From positions 30,610,726 through 30,656,117 of the forward strand of contig JBOZIK010000001.1 of NCBI GenBank assembly GCA_051453625.1: a DNA stretch of 45,392 nucleotides, read 5' to 3'. The position numbers were made by a program, and so were the translations under genes. Every line of letters starts with the position of its first letter. Positions within the stretch are counted from its first letter, which is position 1. Source of the stretch: Welwitschia mirabilis. Taxonomy: Eukaryota. The notes under the pieces are model-generated. The model saw only the letters and a program-made list of their open reading frames with translations, ran no database searches and had not been told where the DNA came from. Below, piece by piece: positions 1 through 11,465 of the stretch.

Positions 1-1270
1 AGATGAGATGTTGGATAATACTTATTTGTAAGTACTATTAATTATCCTGGTTTATGTTTAGCTATACAAAAAGGAGCAAGTAGAGATAGTATTACTTTTT
101 CAAGTAGTAGAACATGTACAAAATGATATTTAAAATATGCTTTTTAGCTTTATATTAAAATACCAATTGTTACATAAAGATTCACTAAAACTTATGTTTT
201 CATTTACAGGTAACACCTTAGAGTATGGGAAATGCTATTGCATCCTTACAGGTAACACCTTAGGATATGTTATAAAAAAGGAAAATGAAGAAATTAGTTA
301 AACATAATAGACATTAGATGAGATGTTGGATAATACTTATTTGTAAGTACTATTAATTATCCTGGTTTATGTTTAGCTATACAAAAAGGAGCNNNNNNNN
401 NNNNNNNNNNNNNNNNNNNNNNNNNNNNNNNNNNNNNNNNNNNNNNNNNNNNNNNNNNNNNNNNNNNNNNNNNNNNNNNNNNNNNNNNNNNNNNNNNNNN
501 NNNNNNNNNNNNNNNNNNNNNNNNNNNNNNNNNNNNNNNNNNNNNNNNNNNNNNNNNNNNNNNNNNNNNNNNNNNNNNNNNNNNNNNNNNNNNNNNNNNN
601 NNNNNNNNNNNNNNNNNNNNNNNNNNNNNNNNNNNNNNNNNNNNNNNNNNNNNNNNNNNNNNNNNNNNNNNNNNNNNNNNNNNNNNNNNNNNNNNNNNNN
701 NNNNNNNNNNNNNNNNNNNNNNNNNNNNNNNNNNNNNNNNNNNNNNNNNNNNNNNNNNNNNNNNNNNNNNNNNNNNNNNNNNNNNNNNNNNNNNNNNNNN
801 NNNNNNNNNNNNNNNNNNNNNNNNNNNNNNNNNNNNNNNNNNNNNNNNNNNNNNNNNNNNNNTACTTTTTTCAGGAAAAAAAAAGGCATCATCACGATGA
901 TATCATGATGAAGTTATTTGAACTAGTCAGGTTGGTTTATTGTTGACAAAGTTTACTATGTACATATATTATATTAGGGGAATATAAGAAAGTAGAAAAA
1001 CATGGTAAAAGTTAGATAAGACGTTGGATAATACTTATTTCTAAGTAGTGTTAATTATCCTAGTTTATGTTCAGTTGTACAAACAGAAGCAAATGAAAAT
1101 AATATTACTTTTTCGAACTAAGATAACATGCACAAAATGATACTCAAAACATTAACTTTTCAGCTTATATTAAAATACCAATTTATTACACGAAGATGTA
1201 TTAACGAGCTTGTGTTTTCCTTTGCAAGCAACACTTGGAGTATTGGAGATGTTATTATGCCCTTGCAGGA
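1..1270. repeat. ~315-bp tandem-type repeat (perfect copy at 1-77/316-392; diverged copy ~980-1270)
   Basis: agatgagatgttggataatacttatttgtaagtac...aaaggagc at 1-77 recurs identically at 316-392, running into the gap. A diverged copy (agataagacgttggataatacttatttctaagtag...ttatattaaaataccaatt) starts at ~1014. Confidence 0.8.
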
Positions 1271-1984
1271 TAGCTGGAGTCTCCCTATTAATCTTCTTGT
1301 TAAGTCTATTCCTAGAACTTTTTGCCAAAAAGATCCCCACCTTTAATGGTAATCTCTTCTTTATACCACTTTCTGTTTTTTTGTTTCCTTTCTTTGCTCC
1401 TCAGACATTGGTTTATGATTGACGTTGTTACTGTCTTTCTACCACCTCGACCTTCTCTCTCATCTTCATGCCAAATGGTATCTTATATTTGTAACTCAAT
1501 AATCAAAATATATATACTAACCTACTAACTAATTAATACATTAATTAATGAGTACATTTATAAATAAAAATGTATATGATTATCTAAAATGCATAATTAT
1601 GAAAATCAAAACATTTTATTAATTAGCAAGATTTACATCAAAATTTATCATCATCATTTACTTTAATGATATTTAAGGAAATTTATTATTGAATCTTAAA
1701 AGCACCTTTAAATGTCTTCTAAAATAACTCATCTTCAAGTTCTAAGACTCATTTAGAAATCAAATTTGAAATAGAAGATATGAAAGAATTACTAGAGGAA
1801 CTAGTCAAATCATAATTTAGTTTCTCTAGTTGTTGACTCTAAAAAATGTCTTTATTTTTTAAAAAATTATTAAATTTAATGTTTAGAATAGAAAATATAG
1901 GGATGTAAAATATTGTTAGGAAAAAAATATTCATACAATTATTCTATAATCACTTTGAGAAAAAAATCCATATCTTAACACATG

Positions 1985-2370
1985 TGGGTTGATGCTTGTT
2001 GGGTCAAATCCTAAGCTTTTTGATTTTTCTTTTTTAGGTATTATTATAAATATAAGGGTTAAAAATTTATTTAGAAGTTTCCTAATGGTATAATAGTATG
2101 CTTTCAACAACTTATTGTTAATAGTATAATCATGTTTAAGTTGCTTAATAACTAGCTAGGAATCTTCAAAAATATGAAGAAACTTAATTCCTCTAACTAA
2201 TGCAAATCTAAGATCAAGTCATAAAGATTTATATTATGCTATATTATTTGTAATTATAAAATTAAAATGATAAATACAAGTAAAGGAGATAACTAACTAT
2301 GATTGTAGATATATTCTAGCACTAGAGCTTAGTCAAAAATAGCTTCATTAAAATGTAAAGTTTAAATCTT
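1985..2370 (-). pseudogene. Archaeal-type RNase H (aRH) remnant
   Basis: All four conserved blocks (WxLxFDGA, TNNxAEYEAL, GDSxLVIxQ, IPRxxNxxADxLA) are recognisable in decayed form and in the right order. Confidence 0.8.
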
Positions 2371-2689
2371 AGAAAGAGTAGAAGTTAGACTCGGCTTAAA
2401 TTTATGGGTGTTTCTAGAAATAGTATATATGTCATTAAAAGAATCAATAGACTTAAATACTAACTTCATACCATTAATTTTAACATGATGTTTCATATAA
2501 GGATCATTGTGAATTAGTATTTCATTTAACTTTTAACCATAAGAAATCCAAATATGAGAATAATCTAGGCTAAATATCCATTAAGGGATTTTATCAATTT
2601 CTACTTAAAATTAAAGTATAAAATTCTGGTATATGAATTATTTGTATAATCATTATGCTAGAAATTATATAATCCTTTTCTAGTGAAAA

Positions 2690-3661
2690 GATAATTATCT
2701 TACTTTGGGCATTAATTTTAACTTTATCTTTATTAATTCAATTGAGTTTGTATGCAGATTTCTCTAAGGTTTACCTTATTTTCTAGAAAACTAAAAAGAA
2801 CATAAGTTTCACTGAAGCTCCATTATCAAGAATACATTATAAAGAAAATGCCTTGCCATTAGTAATATTAATAAAAAGGTATCTATTTCATCCATCTTAT
2901 AATCATTAACAACTAGCTTAGTGGCTAAACTTGATTTGATTCATATGTGATTCATACTCTAGAAGATGTAAATCATTTAGTAGTATTTCCCTTTGTTGGT
3001 TACACTAAAAAAATAATAGTATCTAATATTATCTCTAACTCTTTTCAAGTCTTCTATTACAGCATATTCAGAAATACTATCAAGAACATAAGATGCTATA
3101 GATTTTAAAATATGTTTTTTGATACCTTGAGATAATACTTGCTCATTATTTTTAGTTCTTAAGCTATCTTTTGTTTTTCCTTAAGGAATAAAGTGATATT
3201 CTAAATTCCACGAATAATTTTAACTTTATATTTATTAATTTTATTAATTTTACATGCGGATTTCTATAAGGTTTACCTTAATTTCTAGAAAACTAAAAAG
3301 AACATAAGTTTCACTAAATCTCCATTATTAAGAATACATTGATAAATAAAATGCCTCTTCATTAATAATACTAATAAAAAGGGATTTATTTCATTCATCT
3401 TATAACCATTAAAAGTAAACTTGATTTGATTCATATGCGATTCACGCTCTAGAAGATACAAAGCACTTAGTAGCTTTTTCCTTTATTGGTTATACTAAAT
3501 AACTAATAGTAGTTGATATTAGCTCTAAATCATTTTAAGTCTTTTATTATATCATATTTAGAAATACTATCAAGAACATAAGATGCTATAGATTTTAAAA
3601 TATAATTTTAAATACCTTGAGATAATACGTCCTCATTATTTTTAATTCTCTACCTATCTTT
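2690..3661. repeat. ~500-bp direct tandem duplication covering the protease N-terminal half
   Basis: aattttaactttat...taaggtttacctta..ttctagaaaactaaaaagaacataagtttcact...agaaatactatcaagaacataagatgctatagattttaaaata occurs at ~2715-3170 and ~3217-3661. Confidence 0.9.
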
Positions 3662-3967
3662 TGATAGGATCGAGAATCCTAGAGAGGGGATGAATAGGTT
3701 CTCTTCAAAAACTTTAAGCTCAAAACAACTTAATGAAATCTAATCATAGATTGCATATAACCAAATAATAAAATCAAGATCATGCATACAAGAAATGAAA
3801 ATCAAAGTATAAAGCATAAAATAAAAACTACTAGTTTGGATGCACATAGGATTTATAATGGTTAGAGAACTATCCTACTCCACTCTTGATGATTAGCTTC
3901 TCCCAAGATTGATCTTGGATCTCTGTTACTTTATAGGTTTTGCCAGGTTCATCTATTAGCCCTTACA

Positions 3968-4068
3968 AGTGGACTTTTATAAGCTAAGTCTCAATTTTAA
4001 CAATATACTTTTGTAGGCTAAGTCTCAACCTTTAACAATGGACTTTTTCAGGATAAGTCTCAATCTTT
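3968..4068. repeat. Three ~30-bp tandem units inside the SIRE LTR
   Basis: ggacttttataagctaagtctcaattttaacaat-like unit x3, mirrored at ~10342-10438 in the other LTR. Confidence 0.8.
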
Positions 4069-4489
4069 AAAGACAAATAGAAGTAATGCAATGAAGCCTT
4101 TATAGCTTTGATATTACTTGTTTAATATTAGTACATAGAATGGAGCTCTTCTCCAAATGAATACAGTGATGAATTCCTTAGATCTGATTCTGAGTGATGT
4201 CTTATTCAAGAATAGATCTCCTCAATTAGATATGAATTAGTATAAAAGATGTTCCAATGAAATATGCTATTGATCTCTCAGATCCACAATGAATATGTTG
4301 GTTTTGAAAATGTGCCAAAAGTTCTCTAGGTCATTTCTTGCATAGGCATATATAATGGAGGGTTATTGATACAATCGAATTGCTTCTTCAATGGCTATAA
4401 ATGGCTAGAAAATGACTAGATAATGGCTAAGTAATGGATATATAAAGTCTACAAGATTTACTTTTCCATAACATTTAGTGAACCCCACA

Positions 4490-4840
4490 AATATCCAGTT
4501 GACCCTAAAATAACTTGGTCGACTCCATACTCAGTCCAATCGACCTCTTGTCTCTTAATCTGGAACTATGAACTATCAGCTTTTCAGGTCTGGTCGACCC
4601 CATGAAAATCTAGTCGACCCCTTTCCTCTTGGTCTAGGACTTGACTGTCAGCTCTTCAAATCCAGTCGAATCCATGAATATCTAGTTGACCTCATTTCTC
4701 TCAGTCTAAAACTATTAGTTCTTGAGATCATAGGTCTGGTTGACCCCTTCATAGTCTGGTCAGTCCTTTAGGGTTTAATTCATTTCTGTTGTGTCTGCTT
4801 TAGGTGCAGTCAACCCCTCTAGGATCCGGTTAATCCTCAC
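4490..4840. promoter_or_regulatory. Array of palindromic GGTCGACC-core motifs in the LTR (Sirevirus repeated motifs, putative U3 cis-elements)
   Basis: About ten decayed copies: ccagttgaccc, tggtcgactcc, caatcgacct, ctggtcgacccc, ctagtcgacccc, ccagtcgaatcc, ctagttgacct, ctggttgacccc, cagtcaacccc, ccggttaatcc. Confidence 0.75.
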
Positions 4841-5008
4841 TGAAGGTAAACATAACTAAGCCTTTTTTTCATGCATTTTGAGCTATATCTTTTACCTACA
4901 TAACTCAAACTCATTTGCACACTCAAACTCATTTGCACACAATATTTAACAAATGTGCACTACACCAAAGGGATTAGTTTAACATCAATTGAAAAATATA
5001 AATTAAAA

Positions 5009-5340
5009 ATTTCCCCCTTTAACATTGATGACAGACAATTTTGTGATTTCAAATATTTAAATAATTTAAACTCATTTATTAAACATTTTTAAGAGTATAT
5101 TAAAAAATCAAAAAACTCCCCCTTACATCAAGACATATACATATGTAAGAAAAAGATAAGATAGGTAATCTTTTCTTCCCTTTTGACTAAATAACACAAA
5201 ATATTCAAAAATTATGATAATAAGAGCACATTGAATTGAATATTTAATAATGAAATCCCTACAACTTCTCTTCTCCTTTGATATCAATAGAAAATGATAA
5301 TCATATTTAGGAACTTTTAAAACATATTCTCCTCCCCTAT
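5009..5340 (-). other. Proximal PPT plus additional upstream PPT-like boxes (Sirevirus multi-PPT)
   Basis: aaagggggaaat directly abuts the LTR (5009-5020). AGGGGGAG at 5116-5123; decayed boxes at ~5175-5184, ~5265-5280 and ~5328-5340. Confidence 0.8.
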
Positions 5341-5827
5341 GTTTATACAAAATGATAAATACTCATAAGCCAAACAAAAATTGAAAACATAGTGAGGCAT
5401 TTTGAATAGAAAAATTGTGCTTTTAAATGAGACAATCTTGAATAAGCATAAAATTCTATCAAAATTAATGATCAAAACAACACTTATGAATTACATACTT
5501 AAATGATACCATATGGGAACAAACTGTAATGATATATGATAAAAACATTTTAACTCATTTTTTCTTGAGATGATAATTTTAATTTTGTTTCAATTAATAT
5601 TGCACTTAAGAACATCAAAATAATGCAAGAATTAAGCTCAAACATAAGACTGGATTTCATTAACAAGAACAAACTATTACAAGAGTTCATACAGAACAAG
5701 AAAGAAAGAAATGCTTATCAAGAGCATAAATCTAAAAAATTTCACAAAGAAAGGCACAAAACTCTCTTTTTGACAACAAAAGTAAAAGAGAGAACAACAC
5801 AACAAAGATCTAAAAAATAAGAAGAAT

Positions 5828-6870
5828 TTAATCTGGTTCCTCCTTTTCTTCTTCTTCTTCTTCATATTCTTCCTCTAAATCTTCTTCATCTCCACTAGTA
5901 CAACCAAAGCTAGTACCTTCAACTGAGGTATCCGCAATATCATATCCAGCTATGAGTGCTTCTTTCATATGTTTGATGTGAAAGCCAATCCGTTTCAAAT
6001 ATGAAAGAGTTTCATCTAGAGATGTTGCCTTTGGGGTTTCAGAAGAAGATTTCTTTGAAGGAGCAAAAATATGCATGTGAGACAAATTCACACATCCAAT
6101 AGGTGACAAGGGCTAAAGAGTCTCCAAAGAAGAATGCAAATTAACATAGAAATGATGACAAATTTTAGTGATAAGCATAGAATGGGGTAGAGCCCTAGTT
6201 TTGTGGTACTCCAACTTTAAAGCCATATTTTTCAATATTATGATAAGAGCATTAATAGAATGCTCAGTTCCTACTAAATACATCAAATAAGATCTGTAGT
6301 TGAAGGCCTTATTACAATGGCTAGCTAAAGGAAAAAAATTATAAGTAAACATCAAATAGATAAAGTGATATTTTGGAGTTAATAGAGAAGTAGAAATAGT
6401 GTGCTTCTAAGAATGCATTTTACCGCAAATCTCCCTGGTGACTGTTGGCTTGTCTTTCATTATATCTCTTAGAGGCCAAAATTCCTTATAATCTCCCTAA
6501 AGAAGATCGGTCAACTCAGAAACAATATTTGCTATCATACTTATTCCTCTATCCAAAACTACTATTTTTAAAGTCCTAGTATCACAATTAAAAGAAGCAT
6601 TATAGTAAAACATTTTAGTAAGAAAATAATATGCAGAACCTAAAACATCTAAGAAATGATCTAGATCTTGATCTCTCAAGAGCTGAATAATATCTCTTAG
6701 CTCTTTAAGCTCTAATAAAGCTTTAGACTGGTCCTTGCACACAAGTTTCTTTTCAAACTTCTCATAGAACTTCTCTACATCTTCTTTAGATATACCATGG
6801 AAGAAGTAAGAAGGATCCCTTGAAGTACCTTCTTTTTATCCTCTCCTGGAAGTGCTGGCTACTATTATAA
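5828..6870 (-). pseudogene. Sirevirus env-like extra ORF (plant transposon protein type), broken into three fragments
   Basis: ORF pieces 6497-6742, 6113-6355 and 5828-6109 carry YFLTKMFYYN (cf. YPxLVxEFYxN), LPHSMLITKICHHF (cf. LPYGxLITxI) and an acidic C-terminus. They lie between the pol position and the PPT. Confidence 0.75.
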
Positions 6871-7963
6871 GACCTTGAAGAGAAGAAAAACTTAGAAAAT
6901 CACTAGATCTAGTTGCAAAGATTTTTTAAACTTGAAGAAACTCACTAGATCTAAAGACTTAAAGGCACTATANNNNNNNNNNNNNNNNNNNNNNNNNNNN
7001 NNNNNNNNNNNNNNNNNNNNNNNNNNNNNNNNNNNNNNNNNNNNNNNNNNNNNNNNNNNNNNNNNNNNNNNNNNNNNNNNNNNNNNNNNNNNNNNNNNNN
7101 NNNNNNNNNNNNNNNNNNNNNNNNNNNNNNNNNNNNNNNNNNNNNNNNNNNNNNNNNNNNNNNNNNNNNNNNNNNNNNNNNNNNNNNNNNNNNNNNNNNN
7201 NNNNNNNNNNNNNNNNNNNNNNNNNNNNNNNNNNNNNNNNNNNNNNNNNNNNNNNNNNNNNNNNNNNNNNNNNNNNNNNNNNNNNNNNNNNNNNNNNNNN
7301 NNNNNNNNNNNNNNNNNNNNNNNNNNNNNNNNNNNNNNNNNNNNNNNNNNNNNNNNNNNNNNNNNNNNNNNNNNNNNNNNNNNNNNNNNNNNNNNNNNNN
7401 NNNNNNNNNNNNNNNNNNNNNNNNNNNNNNNNNNNNNNNNNNNNNNNNNNNNNNNNNNNNNNNNNNNNNNNNNNNNNNNNNNNNNNNNNNNNNNNNNNNN
7501 NNNNNNNNNNNNNNNNNNNNNNNNNNNNNNNNNNNNNNNNNNNNNNNNNNNNNNNNNNNNNNNNNNNNNNNNNNNNNNNNNNNNNNNNNNNNNNNNNNNN
7601 NNNNNNNNNNNNNNNNNNNNNNNNNNNNNNNNNNNNNNNNNNNNNNNNNNNNNNNNNNNNNNNNNNNNNNNNNNNNNNNNNNNNNNNNNNNNNNNNNNNN
7701 NNNNNNNNNNNNNNNNNNNNNNNNNNNNNNNNNNNNNNNNNNNNNNNNNNNNNNNNNNNNNNNNNNNNNNNNNNNNNNNNNNNNNNNNNNNNNNNNNNNN
7801 NNNNNNNNNNNNNNNNNNNNNNNNNNNNNNNNNNNNNNNNNNNNNNNNNATCACTTTTATGAAGGATAAAATAATTACCAAAACTAGAGTTTACATCATA
7901 ATTGACAAAGAAATATTTAATTTTGTCACTATCTTTCCTAAATTATTCATTTGCATGTATTGA

Positions 7964-9970
7964 TTAATCTAAAGTTTTAATATCTAAACTATAAGCATTA
8001 TCAACACATTTTGCATACAAAATAATTGCATTTGTTTTCTCATTCTCAACTATACATTTAGATTTATTAAAGATTATTCTATTTCCTTTGTCATATAGTT
8101 GACTAACACTTAATAAATTGTGTTGTAAGCCATTTACATAAAGTACATTATTGAGATTAGGTGACATACCTCTTTTGATGCTTCATGTACTTTCTATTTT
8201 TGTTGTTTGGTTATTTCTAAAAATGACTTCTCCATCATTTATGCTCTTTAACTTTGAAAACTTGATTTATCTCCTATCATATGCATTGAATAGCTACTAT
8301 TTAGATACCAAGTTTTTACATGAGATTCTCTACAATTTATCTGTGACACAAAGCTTTGGAGATTATTAGCTTTAATCACTTAGTCTTATTTGATTTAAGT
8401 GGCATATTCTTCTTTGGGATAAATTTAAATGGTAAAGCATTCACATGATCAGAGGTAAACATTATATCTCTAAATTTGTAAAATAGTTTAAAATAACCAA
8501 GTCTACCACAAAAATTGCATAATATATTGGACATAAACTTGCTTATTTGATTTACCTATTTTTAAGAAATGTGTGGTTTAAAACCAATACCTAATTTATC
8601 TCCATTTTGCTTTTGTGTTTTAAGTATCTATTCTAGTTTAAATGAACTATCAAAAAACTTATTTACAAAGAATGAAAGATCATTTACCTAAGTATTTAAG
8701 CTGAAGTTATCTGCTTTGAGTGCTTTGCACTTTTGTTCTACTTCCTCCTTTTATTTTGTGCTAGTCTTTACTAATTTGTTCAATTTATTGATTCTTTTGG
8801 CAAGCTTCTCACATTCTTCATACAAATCTTGACATGTTTCTTCTAACTCATCTTCCTCCTCATTAATCATATCTAAGTCATCTAATGTTGAAGTACTAGG
8901 CACATTCTTGAGAGATGATATTAGAGCCATGAAAGATAATATTCTTTCTCTATTTGATTCATGATCTGAGTAGTTTTCTTCATTTTCATCATCTTTATTA
9001 TCCCAAGTTGTCATCAATGAGGTGTTTTTAGGTTTCCTGCTTTCTCTTCTGGAGTTAGCACATCTGTTGATCATATGTCCAAATCCTTTACACGAATAGC
9101 ACTAGATTTCCTTTCCCTTATGTCATTCTCTTCTTTGTTTTGGATTGTTTTTTCTTGGATTCCTACTTAGTTTTTCTTCCTTTTTCCTATAGAGAAATCT
9201 TTTAAAACATCTAGCTAGAAGAGCCACCTCATCATCATTAAGTTATTCATCTAATCTGTCAGATCTATAATCCTCTTACACACATTTCAAAGCAATACCT
9301 TTTCTTCTATCTTTAGTAAATTTAAGTTTATAGGTTTTAAGGTTACCTTGAAGTTCTTCTAATGACATTACAATAATATTTTTGCTTTCTTTAATGATTG
9401 TTACCTTTGGTTTAAATCTCTTGGGTAGGGATTTCAACACTTTTCTTACCACTTTGCTTTCTTCCATATGTTATCTGAGGCTTGTCATTGAGTTTACTAT
9501 ATCTGTAACTCTAGCAAAAAATTCCTGCAAGGTTTTTTCATCATCCATATGAATGTCTCTAGATCTAGAAATAAGCATTTGTAGTTTTTCTTATTTAACA
9601 ATGGATGTTTCTTTATGTGCGACTTCCAAAATATTCCAGGCTTCTTTTGCATGGTTACAGTTCACAATTATTTTAAATTCATCTGCATACACTAGATAAA
9701 AAATAGCATTAAGAGCATAGGAATCTATTATGATTTTGATTTTATCTATGGGAGTGTATTGGTTTCTAGATTTGGGAATCAAGATAGTATTTCCATTTGC
9801 ATATTTCTGGGGTATCATAGGCATAGTATGACCTTTCTAAATGACCTCTTCTACATCGACATCTAGGGATCTAAGAAAAATCCTCATCCTGACTTTCAAA
9901 TAGAAATAGTTTAAACCATCAAATATGGATGGACAACTAGTTAAAAATCCATCAGTTGAGTTACTTATTT
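7964..9970 (-). pseudogene. Copia gag (UBN2-type, two CCHC knuckles), protease and post-protease beta-barrel region
   Basis: PSIFDGLNYFYLKVRMRIFLRS (~9870-9935), AKEAWNILEVAH, VVRKVLKSLPKRFKPKVTIIKESK..MSLEELQGNLKTY, CYSCKGFGHMINRC (~9060-9102), GDKLGIGF, CNFCGRLGY, WYLNSSYSMHMIGDK (~8266-8310), LNNVLYVNGLQHNLLSVSQLYDKG. Confidence 0.92.
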
Positions 9971-10020
9971 TTAAGTTTATTAAATCTTAATCTGTAAAAA
10001 TCTCTCAAAGACTAACCTAT

Positions 10021-10032
10021 GCTATGATACCA
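10021..10032 (-). other. Primer-binding site, tRNA-iMet type
   Basis: Minus strand reads tggtatcatagc (canonical tggtatcagagc), 2 nt from the 5' LTR end. Confidence 0.9.
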
Positions 10033-10034
10033 AA

Positions 10035-11316
10035 TGATAGGATCGAGAACCCTAGAGAGGGGTGAATAGGTTCTCTTCAAAAACTTTAAGCTCAAAAATA
10101 CTTAACAAAATCTAATCACTAATTACATATAATCAAATAATAAAATCAAGATCATGCATGAAACGAATGAAAATCAAAATGTAAAGAATAAAACAGAAAA
10201 TACTAGTTTGGATACACGCAGGATTTATAGTAGTTTGGGAACTCCCCTACTCGACTCTCAATGATCAGCTTCTTCCAATCTTGATCTTTAATCTCTGTTA
10301 CTTCATAGGTTTTTCTAGGCTCAGCTATTAATCCTTATAAGTGGACTTTTATAGGCTAAGTCTCAACCTTAACAATGGACTTCTGCAGGCTAAGTCTTAA
10401 CCTTTAACAACAGATTTTTGTAAGTTAAGTCTCAATCTTGGAAGACAAATAGAAGTGATGCAATGAATCCTTTGAAACTTTGATATCACTTATTCAGTAT
10501 CAATACACAGAATGGAGCTCTTCTCTAAATGAATATAGTAATGAAGTCCTTAGATCNNNNNNNNNNNNNNNNNNNNNNNNNNNNNNNNNNNNNNNNNNNN
10601 NNNNNNNNNNNNNNNNNNNNNNNNNNNNNNNNNNNNNNNNNNNNNNNNNNNNNNNNNNNNNNNNNNNNNNNNNNNNNNNNNNNNNNNNNNNNNNNNNNNN
10701 NNNNNNNNNNNNNNNNNNNNNNNNNNNNNNNNNNNNNNNNNNNNNNNNNNNNNNNNNNNNNNNNNNNNNNNNNNNNNNNNNNNNNNNNNNNNNNNNNNNN
10801 NNNNNNNNNNNNNNNNNNNNNNNNNNNNNNNNNNNNNNNNNNNNNNNNNNNNNNNNNNNNNNNNNNNNNNNNNNNNNNNNNNNNNNNNNNNNNNNNNNNN
10901 NNNNNNNNNNNNNNNNNNNNNNNNNNNNNNNNNNNNNNNNNNNNNNNNNNNNNNNNNNNNNNNNNNNNNNNNNNNNNNNNNNNNNNNNNNNNNNNNNNNN
11001 NNNNNNNNNNNNNNNNNNNNNNNNNNNNNNNNNNNNNNNNNNNNNNNNNNNNNNNNNNNNNNNNNNNNNNNNNNNNNNNNNNNNNNNNNNNNNNNNNNNN
11101 NNNNNNNNNNNNNNNNNNNNNNNNNNNNNNNNNNNNNNNNNNNNNNNNNNNNNNNNNNNNNNNNNNNNNNNNNNNNNNNNNNNNNNNNNNNNNNNNNNNN
11201 NNNNTTGGTCTACATATTTCTCCTGTATAACTCAAACTCATCTACACACAATATTTAACAATTTAAACTACACTAGAGGAATTAGTTTAACATCAATTGG
11301 CAAATATAAACTAACA
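10035..11316 (-). repeat. 5' LTR of the SIRE-type element (contains gap 10557-11205)
   Basis: TG...CA termini (tgatagg / ctaaca), followed by TSD tcttt. Confidence 0.92.
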
Positions 11317-11465
11317 TCTTTTATGTTTTTAAAATGTATTTGATTATAATTTGTTTGATTTCTTAATTTTTATTATATTTTAATGTTGAATAATTTTTAG
11401 ATTCAAAATATTTCTTAGGAATATTTGGTTATTGAATAGAATTAGATTGGATTGATTATTATTAA

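Larger units (their letters stand above)
1600..3661 (-). pseudogene. Decayed Gypsy Tat-type pol fragment: post-gag linker, aspartic protease, archaeal-type RNase H (oldest host element)
   Basis: Minus-strand manual translation gives YAVIEDLKRVRDNI..QQREILL (~2975-3070), CILDNGASVKLM (~2803-2835), IQIIHIPEFYTLILSRN* (~2595-2650), I*TLHFNEA (~2340-2368), TNNIA*YKSL*LDLRFALVRGIKFLHIFEDS*LVIKQ (~2140-2255), IPKKENQKA*DLTQQAS (~1990-2042) and NLISK*VLELEDELF (~1720-1770). Confidence 0.8.
3662..5008 (-). repeat. 3' LTR of the SIRE-type element
   Basis: Starts tgataggatcgagaatcctagagagggg-atgaatagg (C-rich LTR-end signal on minus strand). Aligns with 10035-10556 and 11206-11316. The terminal CA has mutated to AA. 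Confidence 0.92.
3662..11316 (-). mobile_element. Ty1/Copia LTR retrotransposon, Sirevirus (SIRE/Maximus) type, degenerate and apparently non-autonomous
   Basis: Paired LTRs at 3662-5008 and 10035-11316, 5-bp TSD TCTTT (3657-3661 / 11317-11321), tRNA-iMet PBS, PPT, Copia gag/zinc knuckles/protease, env-like ORF and Sirevirus-type motifs. Confidence 0.93.

Noticed and set aside
1128-1528. Short plus-strand ORFs as host gene exons
   Set aside because: No recognisable domain or supportable splice structure, and they partly overlap the 315-bp repeat.
3968-4840. CRISPR-like or other prokaryotic repeat arrays
   Set aside because: Repeats are degenerate, lack unique regular spacers, lie within plant LTRs, and have no cas genes nearby.
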